A stretch of 63,054 nt of DNA, the filler included, from Asterionella formosa (Eukaryota), in NCBI GenBank assembly GCA_002256025.1. It is 23 parts of 23 records of this genome, joined end to end, with 100 filler letters (N's around TTAATTAATTAA, not from the genome) between each part and the next. Parts side by side here need not be neighbours in the genome. Positions count along the whole stretch, not along the records: positions 46,372 to 47,937 come from NKIB01001865.1; positions 48,038 to 49,618 come from NKIB01001866.1; positions 49,719 to 51,299 come from NKIB01001867.1; positions 51,400 to 52,979 come from NKIB01001868.1; positions 53,080 to 54,659 come from NKIB01001869.1; positions 54,760 to 56,339 come from NKIB01001870.1; positions 56,440 to 58,018 come from NKIB01001871.1; positions 58,119 to 59,697 come from NKIB01001872.1; 15 more parts are not named here. The stretch is one strand, 5' to 3'. Below the pieces are notes generated by a model. That model ran no database searches, was not told where the DNA came from, and saw only the letters and a program-made list of their open reading frames with translations. Shown piece by piece: positions 46,777-59,797 of the stretch. Every line of letters starts with the position of its first letter. The stretch's first letter is position 1. A program made the position numbers and the translations under genes.

Positions 46777-48350
46777 GAGTGTCAGCGTACAAGTTATGAC
46801 CGACCGGTACTCCTATGTACTGAATTTATGGACAGTGCTGCACTGCATGCAAGGTTTTTTTAATCTCGAAATATGCATTAGTTATTGCTTGGAAATGACC
46901 TTTAGCTTAGAGTCTACGTAAAATAGTCGCTGGCGGTCACAAGGTTCGTCAAGTTGTTAATCATTTTCATAGGCACATTTTAAGTAGAGTGTTAGGTACC
47001 CCGTACCGGTACCTGGAACCAGGTACCTGGTACAGTACCAGGTACCACTTCCTAGTACCTGGTACCACCTACCGGTAGTTCCCTAAATTTGTTTGGTGCG
47101 GTACGAGTACTAGGAAGTATGTTGTTCATACAAATTCCAGTAGAACTGGGCCGTTGGGAGAAATCATGGCTGGTTCCAGACCACGAGTAAGGTGTCTGCT
47201 ATACCGTTGTTGTTATCATGTCAAAGTCCGGAGTTACGAGTACATACATAAATATTGCTCTATGGGATGGATGCATATTTATTCATTTATTATAAATTTG
47301 AGGTTTGGTCATACCGATGGTTGATGAGAGGACGTTAAGAAACTGGTTCCTGGTAGAAATACTGTATACAAATCTGATCGGGGGTCCATGGTATTGGTCA
47401 TTTGCCTTATGTAACAATGCCGTATAATACTGAATGCCTGTACCGGAAGGTTTATATGCGCATGGCGAATCTTTGGGACAAAGCGACAGGATGACTTTCT
47501 TCGGATATGATGATCCAGGGACACAACTCTCTATCAGTAGTCGACTGGTACAAATATATTTCAAAAGGTCTTCTTGATATTGTTCAAGAGCAGAGATCAA
47601 ATATAAATATATAACCGATGGTGTTCGTGGTTGAGTCCAAATACAATGGTTGTCATCCAGGATTCTTTTTAAATAAACCGCAGTTCACTTTTGTCTTTAT
47701 TCAATTAAACATATTCAATCAACTATCTTTTCCTCATGTTAGAGTCATTGAATTTCCTTCACTTAGTCCTTGTAACATATTAATCTATAACTGTAGACAT
47801 GGACCCAACAATTCTAGGAGCAGTCACATCATCTGTTTCTTGTATCATTTGGAAACAGTAGAATCTAGGGGGCAAAAGTCCCAACCACTTTTCTCATGAA
47901 TTAAAATAGAGTATGCAATGACAATTGAACAAGTTTANNNNNNNNNNNNNNNNNNNNNNNNNNNNNNNNNNNNNNNNNNNNTTAATTAATTAANNNNNNN
48001 NNNNNNNNNNNNNNNNNNNNNNNNNNNNNNNNNNNNNTGTTGTAGATTCGACGGTGCTGGCTTCAGCCGAGCTGGTACCAAGGAGGTCTTATCTAGTATT
48101 GCTAGCGACTCCATGGTAGACAATGGTGATTGTGTCAATGCAGTGGAATTGTTCTGGACACCGAGTGAGCGAGATGAAGTACTGTCGTATCAAGATGCCT
48201 TGCTCGATTTTCCAGAGCTCGTTGATCTTTGACCAAGTTATTCAAGGCATAACAAACCAACCTCCATAAACAGCTATCTAGCATAAATGATTGTATCCTA
48301 ACAATTTGACATGTATGATCGTTCCTTATATTAGTATGAAAGCCGCACAC

Positions 48351-49618
48351 TCAATGGCCTTGATGGTAACCCTCGACATATCCAAAGTGGCCACCCTTGC
48401 GGAAACGGTGCAAGTAATTGAAAGCTTGCTTCTCAATAGGTGTTGGCTTGATACCAAAGTTTTCCATGGTGAGAATCTTGTCGACACCAACCTGGGCTTC
48501 GTATCCTTCCTTGGTCATGGCAGGCAAAAAATCCTCACTCCAAATTTCAGACAAACTAGGGGTGACCAAGGGGAAACGTTCCCATTTAAGAATCTTTGCT
48601 GCAGTCATCATTATTGGTTTAGGCACAGACAATAACGATGGTTTCTGACCAGTGATATCAATGACAAATTCTGCCAACTCCTTGTATGAAAAGTCCTCTG
48701 GACCAAAGCAATCAACAGTCTTGCCTTCAAACAGGGAAGGATCATCACAGATACGAGAAATAGTTTCGGCAACATCACAAACGTAGACAGGTTGCGTCAA
48801 AGCATGACCCCCATCCACCAAGGGAATGGCTCCAAACTTGTTGGCCACATTGGCAAACCAGTTCAAGAGACGGTCTTCAGGTCCGAACATTTGTGTTGGT
48901 CGAACAATGGTAGCCCAAGGATATATCTCCTTGACAGCTTGTTCTCCTTCATACTTTGTACGCATCCATTCCGATCCATGATTTGGTGAAGCACCAGCAC
49001 TAGACACGTGTATGAAATTGTCCACCTGCATTTCCTTGCAAATTTCCGCCAGCATAACTGGAATATCAATATTAGCATTTGCATAGGAATAATTCTTTCT
49101 ATAGCCAATGTACGGAAACGCTTTTTTCTGATACGGCTGCATGGTTTCGTAGTATTTGCCAATCAGATTGATGACGATGTCAGCATCAGCAATCACTTCC
49201 TTGACAGATTCTCGATCACGAGGACTGTAAAAGACAAAGCGCGTTTTGCCCAAATCAAACATTGGCTTGATATGACGGACCTCAAATTCATCGCCGCGAT
49301 TGGCAATATAAGCCATGACGCCGTTTGTACCTACGTATGTTTGCAATAAAAGGTGAGAGACTGGAATTGCACTCGACGAACTGCCCAAGGCATGGGCCAT
49401 AAATCTCATTCTCTCGACGCTTTTTGTGTCGTACCTAGCTCGCAGAGTAGATACCGGCCCAAGAAACCAGTGCCCCCAAACACAGCCACTTTGAATCCTG
49501 CATCGGAGGCTCTTCCTCCAGGACCTTGTTCTGTGGGTCGTTTATCGACTACTCGAGGAATGACGAGATTGGACGCCGCTCGGCGGCCATGAGCGACCGA
49601 AAGGCGACGAGCACAAGA
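48351..49618 (-). CDS. NDUFA9: Mitochondrial complex I 39-kDa subunit (NDUFA9), with an intron at 49331-49434; 5' end cut by the contig edge
   Basis: GPGGRASDAGFKVAVFGGTGFLGRYL, DIVINLIGKYYET, RTKYEGE, ATIVRPTQMFGPEDRLLN and QPVYVCDVA. Splicing GTACGA...CGTAG restores the frame (CELG-TNG). Confidence 0.93.
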
Positions 49619-49718
49619 NNNNNNNNNNNNNNNNNNNNNNNNNNNNNNNNNNNNNNNNNNNNTTAATTAATTAANNNNNNNNNNNNNNNNNNNNNNNNNN
49701 NNNNNNNNNNNNNNNNNN

Positions 49719-50801
49719 ATTCTGATTAGAACGCATTTCATTTTCATATCGCTCGCTCGTTTCTGCATTTGGCATACTGTACTTGAATTAACTATTGAAC
49801 TTGTCCGCATCTTTGATACCATCAAGAGAGCGAAAGCAAGTGGCTCTTTTCATTGTTGTTTGCTCATAGGAAGAATTTGATATCTTTATCGTCATTTGCT
49901 TGTTGGAATTGTCCGTTGCCTCAAACCTGCTTGGCGTGTGCGTACACACACTGTCGACTTGTTTTCAATGGTATGTTGTTCTTGTATTCACTGTTGAACT
50001 TGTCCGCATCTTTGTTAACATCAATAGAGCGACAAGTGGGTTTCTTCATTGTTATTTGCTCCTGGAAAAGTCGGTGTCCGTGTCATCCTCATCAATAGAG
50101 AGACAAGTTCTTTCACTGGAAAAATTGGTACTCGTGGTATCATTATTCGCTTGTTGGAACCACTGTCCGTTTCCTCAAACCTGATTAGCGTGTGAGTATG
50201 TGCACTGTCGACTTTTGTACATTACAGGCAGAGTGACTTCGCTACTAAATTGCGTGATATAATAATATACCCCATAGCACGATGCATAATACAGTTGCTT
50301 CCCAATCATCTCATCATGATTGACAAGATGATACTGTGATATCATGATAAGGTTACATCGATGCATACATCACCAAAGTATGATACGTAATATTGAATAA
50401 AGTACATCACATAGCTATGATACATTGATCCTAAAATTATGATGATTTTATAAAATGTATATGATATAATATTGATCAAAATATGATCATGTAAAAATAG
50501 TACAATGACAGTAAAATACGATAAAATATGTACGCAAATGTTACCACGACATCATAGAAAATAAATCAAGCAATCATAAAGTATGTTAATTAATATATGT
50601 GTTTGTCGTTTAATGTATACAGTTAAAGTCAACACTTAATATGATAGTATTATACAGTGGATAGGATCTAAGTATACGGATGCATTGATATGTACATCAC
50701 TATAATATGATTTGTGATATGGACTGATGCATATCACATACAGGTATCCTCAACAACCAGCCATCACGTTCATTGTTGTGTCGTCTTTCCTTGTTTTAGC
50801 T
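49719..50801 (+). repeat. Repeat block with segments X and Y contiguous, plus an internal duplication
   Basis: 50066-50407 is the reverse complement of 1-351; 50473-50801 matches 35428-35757; about 49790-49960 is related to 49990-50215. Confidence 0.85.
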
Positions 50802-50810
50802 ATATATATG

Positions 50811-51014
50811 CTCAGATCCGTTCCATTGCAAATCTTCCTTCAATAGGTCAAACTCGTCATCCTTGAGCATTTGCCTTCCAGTGGCATTGTAGGACTGAAG
50901 CGCGTCCAGAAAGATACGCTCCTTTTCGGCTACTGTGAGACGAATGAGTTCCCCACTTTCCGGATCGACGACACAGTATTCCTCGTCAGGACTACTTTCG
51001 TTTTTGCTTGATTC
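50811..51014 (-). pseudogene. PGRL1: PGRL1-like (PGR5-like protein 1) exon fragment truncated by repeat Y
   Basis: After a pyrimidine-rich AG acceptor it reads EEYCVVDPESGELIRLTVAEKERIFLDALQSYNATGRQMLKDDEFDLLKEDLQWNGSE, matching PGRL1 ExExxFLxALxxFY..G...M..EEFDxLKEeLxWxGS. Confidence 0.7.
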
Positions 51015-52040
51015 CTATGGGGAAAGATGGAAGTAAGAATTTTTATTTACTCATAAATAGTTACTAACAAAATGGTTATTTGTTTTTAATCAAGCACAGC
51101 CATTTGCAAATAACCGGACGCTGGTGTCGTTTCTTTTGCTCCATCGACCGAGTTGGACAGAAGTGTCATGTATATGACAAGTCTCTTCGTTCCAACCACT
51201 CCTCATATTCGAAACCGTTTGATTCGTCGTTGTGGCAAGTTTTGTTGCGCAGGAAGTCACAAATAGGCGGGAGACATCCATCGACCAAGTCGGACAGAAN
51301 NNNNNNNNNNNNNNNNNNNNNNNNNNNNNNNNNNNNNNNNNNNTTAATTAATTAANNNNNNNNNNNNNNNNNNNNNNNNNNNNNNNNNNNNNNNNNNNNT
51401 TCCTCAATGAAACACAGAATGTCTTGACAAGAAACTTGTATACAAGGTTTCGTGCTTGACCCGGTGTGATAAAATTCTCTTCAAGTCGTACTAGCTGAAC
51501 CAGCATGTCTGTCTCCGTGTATTGCTCAACTAGCTCCTCCATCTCGTCCTATCGACATTCCCTCTGGTCAGGCGAAGTCACAACAGTCGCAGAAGATGCG
51601 ATTCCCACAGCCTTCAACTTCTGACTCAAAAATAACATGATCAAGCAATACAAGTAATAGGACACGAAACATGATTGTATGGAAGAGGAGATTCATTCAC
51701 TGGGGGACATACAACAGAGCTCATGGTTGATTGTTGCAAGTTATTTTGTTGCTCAAAGGAGAACCAAGATTAAATAGTAGCAAGATGATTATATGCTCGT
51801 GGTATTCATAGGTGTGTTATGGCGGACAGGTCTTCCATTTTGTGTGAAATGGAACTCTATCAATGTGGCTTCAATTTCTACTCAGTTTAAATGTTCAGAC
51901 GGATACTTGAATCATGGGAATACACAGAATCTAATTCTCTGTTCCATGCCAATTTTACAACCCCGCCGTTACCCTGTTTTACTCCAAACTACTAGTAGAG
52001 TTAAACCAGGGCTGCACCTTACTACTATAATGTGTTCTCA

Positions 52041-52803
52041 CAGTGTTCAACTATAGTTGCACCACGCACGCTCAACGACTAACCTGGCTCAATCCACATC
52101 TTTGAAGAAGCCTTCTGTAGAAGCAATATGAATTTTCTATGCGAGACAATGCTGGTGACAGGTGTGTTGGTTAGATTGATATGTTGCAAAAAGTATAATG
52201 CTAACTAGTTAAACAACATGTGGATCAATTAGGGCTATTGATTTTCGTTGGCCAGCGTATTGACCTGTTATTTTGTGTGTAATATCGGCTATTAGTACCA
52301 AGAGATATAACTAAATAATCTGACATGCATGCATTTCTGGACAATAAATATTTCATTCTACAGATGTCGAATAATACCACAGCTAAGTTTTGTGCATGCC
52401 CAGATTTTTGACAAGCTGGCCATCCATGTTAACAGTCTCATCAGCCTTACTTTTGAGGTTGCGAAGCGAGCGAGCAATCGGCGATGTATGCATTGTCGCT
52501 GTTCTGGTGTAAAATCCTTCTTCTTATGATGTCTAGTATTGGCTAAGGAAGGGTCAATGAAGAGGGGGGGGGGTCCAGAGCAAACATTCTAATTGGGGCG
52601 CAATTTTACAAACAGCACGACAAAAAATCGAGGTGACGTTCTCCTAATTCTAGACCACATAGTACATATATTATATGCACCATTCAATTCAGAATAATTT
52701 TAAAATGGGAAGGGCTGCTGTTAGCTGGAGAATTATTGAATCTTGCTCATCATGAGTGACAGGCAGTGACATGAAGGTTGGTTGCAACTATAGTTGAACA
52801 GAG
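52041..52803. mobile_element. Degenerate non-autonomous TIR element (hAT-like CAGTGTT terminus)
   Basis: TGTTCAACTATAGTTGCA at 52044 and its perfect inverse ending at 52800; no target-site duplication visible. Confidence 0.55.
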
Positions 52804-53113
52804 GGAATATGCCTTTTTCGTTGTTGGTGTTGTTATATCTCTACATATTTTGTATATAAGGGAACTCTCCTTGGGATGAACTACTGTAATACGACAAGCT
52901 ACTTATAATAATTAATTCTGTAGTGTAGCAAATGCAAGTCCTGTCATGTGTACGTTGATTTTGACGAACGTGTGCTTCTNNNNNNNNNNNNNNNNNNNNN
53001 NNNNNNNNNNNNNNNNNNNNNNNTTAATTAATTAANNNNNNNNNNNNNNNNNNNNNNNNNNNNNNNNNNNNNNNNNNNNCGTCCACTTTAAGGCCACAGG
53101 CTACTCAGGAACG

Positions 53114-54659
53114 ATGGGAAGTGACGAAGACACGTCAGTGAGGTTGCCAACATTCGATGGGCAAGATGCTAAATGGCACATGTGGAAAGCGAAGTTTCTC
53201 GCATACGCGTGCTACAAGAACTTTCAAGAAATACTTAACGGTGACGAACTACCAAGAGGAGAGAAAGACCTAAAGGGCGATACGATCGTGTTGTCGGATG
53301 CTGACGAGAGACGCATCCGAAGGAGCAACACAGTTGCTTACGCAAGTCTGATAATGGCATGCCAGAGTGGGCCATTCGGACACGTAAATAATGCAAGAAG
53401 TGCCGAGTTTCCTAACAGCAATGCTAAAGAAGCATGGGACAAGCTCATTTCGACGTATGAGTCAGGCAACATGGCGAATGTCATTGCCTTGTCCCACCAA
53501 TGGACGAAGTGCACTCTAGGGGAAAACGAGAACCCCGACAGCTGGTATGTGGAGTTGGATCGAATCCCGGAACGATTGGGCAATACAAGCTCTGCCGTTT
53601 CGGATGGTGCCTATGTGGCACACATGATCAACAACCTACCGGAGAGCTACAAGAGTTTGGTAGTAGGAAGGTTCGGCCTGGCGCGCAACACGCTAACGGT
53701 CGAAGAGATTAAGACAGACATCCGGGACTACTACGATCTATATGTCCGGGATGACGTCAAAACGACTGACAAGAACAAGAGTGAACAGGCCTTCTACACG
53801 AAAGGGAAGTTCAAAGGTGACTGTCGTAATTGTGGCAATTATGGCCACAAGGCGGCTGAATGTCGCAGTAAGGGCAATAGTGCCGACAAGAAGGAGCTCA
53901 CTCCTGAGCAGAAAGAAAAGAGGAAAACGATCAAGTGTTTCAAGTGCCAACGCATGGGACACTACGCAAGTGAGTGCACCAGTAACAGTGCATCTAAGAA
54001 GAATAGAAACGAAGAGAACAACACGACTACCGGTACATCTACCCAGCAGCAAGGAATGTTCGTCGACACGTGCGTCGAAATTAGTTACAACGAGGAAGTC
54101 AACCTCGCTCGTGACGTCAGAAATCGCTGGTTGTTAGACAGCGGTGCTACTGTTCACATCTGCACGGACGTGCGCATGATGGAAGACAAGAAACAAGTGA
54201 GAGAAACGGTCGTGGTAGGAAATGGAACTGAGATAGTATCAACTGTCTCTGGTACCGTGACCCTGACGACTACGGACGAAGGAAAACGCTTGAAACTCAC
54301 CGATGTGCTTTATGCACCGGAGTTCAAGCAGAACATCATCAGTGTCTCTAGAATGATCGACAAGGGTAATCAAGTGATCTTCGAGGACGATAGGATGACG
54401 ATACGAAACAAGAGCGGTTTTCTAACCTGCAAAAGAGATAAAACTCGAAGGCTCGGAGCAATGTATCATGTCGAAGGTAATCCGATCATCAAGCAAACGG
54501 TGATGGAAGTCGATCAACTACAAGAGAACGCGACACAACAATCGATCGACGACTACAACGAAAACGATTGGACGAAAGTTGAAGCAAAGAAAACGAACAA
54601 AGGAAAGAACAAATGGAATAATCAAAATGGTGAGTTTAAAAATAATTATGTGATTGTCG
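53114..54659 (+). mobile_element. Ty1/copia gag and protease, 3'-truncated
   Basis: LPTFDG...WKAKF, INNLPESYKSLV, two CCHC knuckles (CRNCGNYGHKAAEC and CFKCQRMGHYASEC), WLLDSGATVH and LTDVLYAPEFKQNIISVS. Confidence 0.95.
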
Positions 54660-55321
54660 NNNNNNNNNNNNNNNNNNNNNNNNNNNNNNNNNNNNNNNNN
54701 NNNTTAATTAATTAANNNNNNNNNNNNNNNNNNNNNNNNNNNNNNNNNNNNNNNNNNNNAACGTGATGTATTCAGATAATATATAGATATATTCAAGTAA
54801 GCATTTTGATGTATTCAACTTATTCATGTGATCCATTCAAAATCAACTAGGCTTATTTACGTGATGGTCACTTCACATAATTCGCGGCTTAGATGTAGGA
54901 CCACATAGCCTTCTCTTGAGAACAAAATCCAGGACACTGTCATCTAGCCTCGTCTCCTTGTCTTTGTCATCATGATCAAAGTATCTAACCAGTAAGAGTC
55001 TCTCCTTACTCTTCTGTTGTCTCTTGAACAGACATGAAATACGCCATAGAAACACGTTTTTGCTGATTGAACAATCTACAATCGGTATCCCCTTCACAAC
55101 CATTATCGTTCCATTCCTTGTACTAGCACTCGGAACATTTGCCATTCCGCCCAGATAACAAGTGATATATTGCACTATCGATAGCGTGCGAATGTCAAGA
55201 GAAACAAGGAAGGAATAATGGTCTGTCAACAAAGGATTAAACAGTGGGCGAGTGCTGGATCAGAAGCGATGCAGCACCAACATACTCAGTAATATACATT
55301 AGCTAGATTGGTAGCGCAAAG

Positions 55322-55530
55322 CTACAGTTTCATAGTACCAACTTAGTAATAGGTATAGTTTCTTAGTACCTGCATCATGTTCTGACCGGGTATTGAAACA
55401 AGGGGAAGAAGGGAATGCTGGTAGAGCAAACCTACAGTCTCACAGTACTAACGTAGTAATAGGTATAGTTTCACAGTAGCCACCACGTCATGTTCCGACA
55501 GGGTATTGAAACAAGGGGATGATAGGAATG
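55322..55530. repeat. Tandem duplication of about 110 bp (2 copies)
   Basis: CTACAGT...TAGTAATAGGTATAGTTTC...GGGTATTGAAACAAGGGGA occurs twice. Confidence 0.85.
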
Positions 55531-55626
55531 CGGAAATTTTATTCACAGATGTTGGTGCCCGATAATCTAATTTAGTTCATGCTCACACTAATTTTCTTTT
55601 AGTTTCTAAATAGATAATTGTATGGT

Positions 55627-56339
55627 TTAGGGATCATCATTTACATTACAACGTGGTGGCCAAACAATCTTGTTTTGTTTCCATAAAATATCAAAATGTT
55701 CAATGACTTGACTCTTGAAGAACTGTAAACTTAAATGCCGGACCACTCGAACTGTATCAACATTCTTTGTCAGCACTTCAATATTGAAGTTGTCATTTGG
55801 ATCCGGCACTAAATTGCGAATTGCATCAGGAATTTGTCCATCACCATCATTACCAGGACCCATTCCAGAGGTATCAATTGTTCGCAAACTGGCTAATCCA
55901 AGAAGTACTGCCGGCCTTGCAACTGCATTTATCCTTTGAATAGCAAAAGGTGCTTCAGCTCCATTTAATTGGCCTAATGGTCCTTCCCAGTCACCTAAAC
56001 CACCATTTTGCCATCGCAGGTCTAAGCCATCAATATCAAGTAACATGTTATGAAATGCGCAACATGTTAGCCAGACCTTGTCGGGTTCTGTTACTCCATG
56101 TATTCGGATCCCTGATTTTAAAATCCGCCAGCGTCCCTTGAGTATTCCAAAGGTACATTCCACATCTTTTCTAAGTGACTCCAGCCATTCAAACCATCTA
56201 CGTTCTTGTTCAGTTTCTGGGTTTTTGGTTGGAGGCACTGTTGTAGACCATTTTAGATATCCATTGTCAACTATCAAAAAGCATCCACTATACTTTATGG
56301 ATACAACTGCTCCATTCCGATCTTTTTCTTTAAGCTCAA
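55627..56339 (-). mobile_element. PIF/Harbinger (plant-type) transposase C-terminal half, 5'-truncated
   Basis: IVDNGYLKWSTTVPP, WLESLRKDVECTFGILKGRWRILK and CCAFHNMLL. Confidence 0.92.
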
Positions 56340-58118
56340 NNNNNNNNNNNNNNNNNNNNNNNNNNNNNNNNNNNNNNNNNNNNTTAATTAATTAANNNNN
56401 NNNNNNNNNNNNNNNNNNNNNNNNNNNNNNNNNNNNNNNAGACGAGGCCGCAACTCCCCTAATGGGAACAAGAACTTGAAGGTTGCGAGACCAACTGGTG
56501 GAACTGCGAGCCAGTAAGAGGAGAGTAGCAAGCTTCAGGGTCTGGTATTTCGATTCAGTGAGTTTTAGTCGGACTCCTTTTAATTTTATGTCCCTTGCTT
56601 TGTTGTTGAGTTGATCCGATTGTCGACTTGACTGGGGTTCAGGATTCACTTTGATGAAGTCAATCAATCATTCCTTGTGTTCTGGAGGTGCGGTGAACCA
56701 GTGTAAATGGTACGGAGTATTGTGGTCTCAACAATAACCTCACTGTCAACAAAGAGTCGATTCCACTTGTGTCCTCTCCATCATGATGTATCTGTGGATT
56801 CTAAAAGAGTTCATTCCATCATGATCCAGCACGGCAAAGTCTGATCCCATGGCTGACATGATTTATCTGGTAATGAATAATCAGTGTCATGGCAGTGCGA
56901 TTCTGGTGCTCATCCGTCGGCACTCTCCTAGCATCTAGCAGGTATACCTGCTATAGCGTCGCTTGCAATCGTCGATACTATCCATGTCAATCGAATCATC
57001 AAATGTTGCTATGCATAGCTAAAAGCAACATCAGAAAGGGCCGCCATCCGCCATCATGTCATTTCATCACTATTTATTTATATAATACATAAATACATTT
57101 AATGTATTGAAGAGTTAACATTGTCGACTTCAGCTATCTTTATCAGAAGGTAAGGTAAACGACGGTTATCATCAGTAAATCTTATCATGCCGGTAACGAG
57201 GTGGTATATATCTTAGTACCAGGTACCAGTACTACACCACTGGTGAAGCGAAATTGCTTGCTCAATTTTGTCTGGTGCTTTTCTCCCCGGTCCTTCCGAG
57301 GGAGTCCCAGGAGACATTTTATCACTCCGCCGCATCAGTAACTTTATATGCAGTAACTTTATATGCAGTACGGAGTATAAAATAAATATCATATCCAATA
57401 TATTGACATTATTTTGAACATATGACGTGATCATGAGGTACGGGTAAAATTGATATTAATTATTTATGGCTAGCGAGGGGAAATATGTACGCCACATGCG
57501 AAACATAATTTGCGTACTGTATCATACTAGAGTATGCCGGATAGTGAGAGTGTATATCATATTCCTAGGAATATTCCATTATTTGTTGCTCTCTGCTTGC
57601 CCTGCTTCCATTATCGGTCACTTGCAAACGCTCGTCGAGTAATCAGACTCCGTCTTCCTCTCTGTTTATTTCGTCCTTTCATATTCGCTAGGAAGAAGGA
57701 AGGAAGATAACACAACCCCAACAGTGAAAAATAAGAGAGAAAGCTGTGGGCTTTTAGCACAATTCAAATTCATTCTCGGTTCATTGCTCAGAGCTGAACG
57801 GCATTTTCAGGGAGAAAAAAGACGTTGTCCGTCACGCGCTGTGTGAAAGTCCATTTCTTCGATTCGGATTTGCCTCTATAATTTTTCTTTCATCATTGCT
57901 GTTGCAGCAATTTTTTTGCAAAGATGACAGACTCGTCAAACGTATGGGTTCGTACCTCTTGCTTAGAGATTGCTATTTCAGGGAAAGAAAAGAGGGAAGT
58001 GAAACGAGGGCTCCCCCCNNNNNNNNNNNNNNNNNNNNNNNNNNNNNNNNNNNNNNNNNNNNTTAATTAATTAANNNNNNNNNNNNNNNNNNNNNNNNNN
58101 NNNNNNNNNNNNNNNNNN

Positions 58119-59324
58119 GGATCGCCAGTAGGACCCTTGTAGAGCTTCTTGCGGTCTTTGGTGCAGTACTCGAATAGTCCGCGAACCTCTCTGGTATCTC
58201 CCGTACGTAGCTGGTAGGGCGAGAAAATTGGAGACATTTCAGTCTGGAAATGTCTGGTGAGTGCACCACCAGAGTATCGTAACCCCTCGGGCGTGACGTG
58301 TCCAAACTTCGTTGCTTGCGTCATCGTCGTTAAGTATGATCGTGGTGAGTTGTCGCTTGTTGAAGTTCTTAGTTCAAGCTGCTGTGTTCGTACAGCACCC
58401 TCAAGAAACTTAGAACGACACACTTCACGAAGAGTACGTTTGTGATGTTACCTTGAATAGCAGAGGCGCTGATGCAGTGCTTGCTATCTCGCGTGACTAT
58501 GTACAGGGCTACAAGTCGAACGCGATCTCTTGCCTGACTCTCACAACCTTGTCGTGTAACAAACCTTGTTGTGTAAGAACAATTTAGCTACGAGCGTGTT
58601 GGGCTCATAACCAGTTGGAAGATGCAACGTATCTGTAGCTCTCACGCAGTAAAAATTGCTAGAAAAATGTTTCTACACAATTTGTTTGTTTTACTTTGTT
58701 TGCTAATAATTGTTTTTATAAAAGAGTGAGCTTAATGTAAATGTAAATTTGAATGTATGATTTTGAAACTTCCAAGCTCATGCATGTTTCAAAATAGAGG
58801 TGATCTTCGGAGGTGAGGTTCATTTGTGTTCCCAACTTGAACTGAGAATAAACTACATCCTCTTCCTAAATACACATTTGTCTTAATCTTGGCCTGTCTC
58901 AACTTAGGTCAGATGCTGTTTGATCGAAGACTGCTTACAGAATGATCCTGTTAATCATAACTAGATCATATCTAGTTTGATTCTTTAATGTTCCTTGATG
59001 TTGCGGACATATCTGTAATTGTCTAGTCAATCATTTATTGATTTGGCTTCTAGGTCTGATCGTCTTCTAGAGTCCAATTAACAGGTTAGAGAGAACTTCT
59101 CCTGAAAGTTCCTCTCTCAACTGTGGCATTTTACACGCGATATTTAACCATGTGATCTTGAATCAATCATCTAGTGGATTGTGGTACATGTTCCTAATCA
59201 GGTCACTAGAGGCGAAAATATATTGACACTCATAACCTGATCAGGAATCAGGAATCTCTATGTGTTTCAACTCTCCCTGCTCCCTTGTATTTATTACCTG
59301 ATTGTGTTAGTCAACATGTCAACA
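58119..59324 (-). mobile_element. 5' end of a copia-like element: LTR (about 58613-59324), PBS (58601-58612) and gag start
   Basis: The minus strand reads TGTTGAC...CCAACT then GGTTATGAGCCC, a copia-type PBS complementary to the internal tRNA-iMet half. A downstream ORF MTQATKFG...SPYQLR runs off the contig. Confidence 0.65.
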
Positions 59325-59797
59325 TACCTGTATCGTATGTAGCATGTAATGGTACCTGGTACCTGGTATTAAGGTACTCCACCAGATACCAGGTACCTGG
59401 AGTACCTGGTACCAGGTAGCATCAATGAGCATGGATGAGCACTAACAAACTAACCGGTGGTATAGTCGACAAGAAATTCATGTCATTTCATGATCACTTT
59501 CATCATCATGTCATCCTCTGAAATGTATACCGGTAAACAAAAATCCCTGGAAGCTCGTTTCCTAGCCCTGGAGAGTTCCCTTGGGTTGTTGCAACCCGTC
59601 AACACTGAGGCTTCGTCGTCAGCATCATCATTCAGAATCAAGCATCTGGATCTGACCAGCCGCCTCGACGCACTGGAGTGTAAAATCAATTCCTTCGNNN
59701 NNNNNNNNNNNNNNNNNNNNNNNNNNNNNNNNNNNNNNNNNTTAATTAATTAANNNNNNNNNNNNNNNNNNNNNNNNNNNNNNNNNNNNNNNNNNNN

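Noticed and set aside
48351..49409. ORF-track start MRFMAHALG for NDUFA9
   Set aside because: That start lies inside the 49331-49434 intron; the true N-terminus is upstream.
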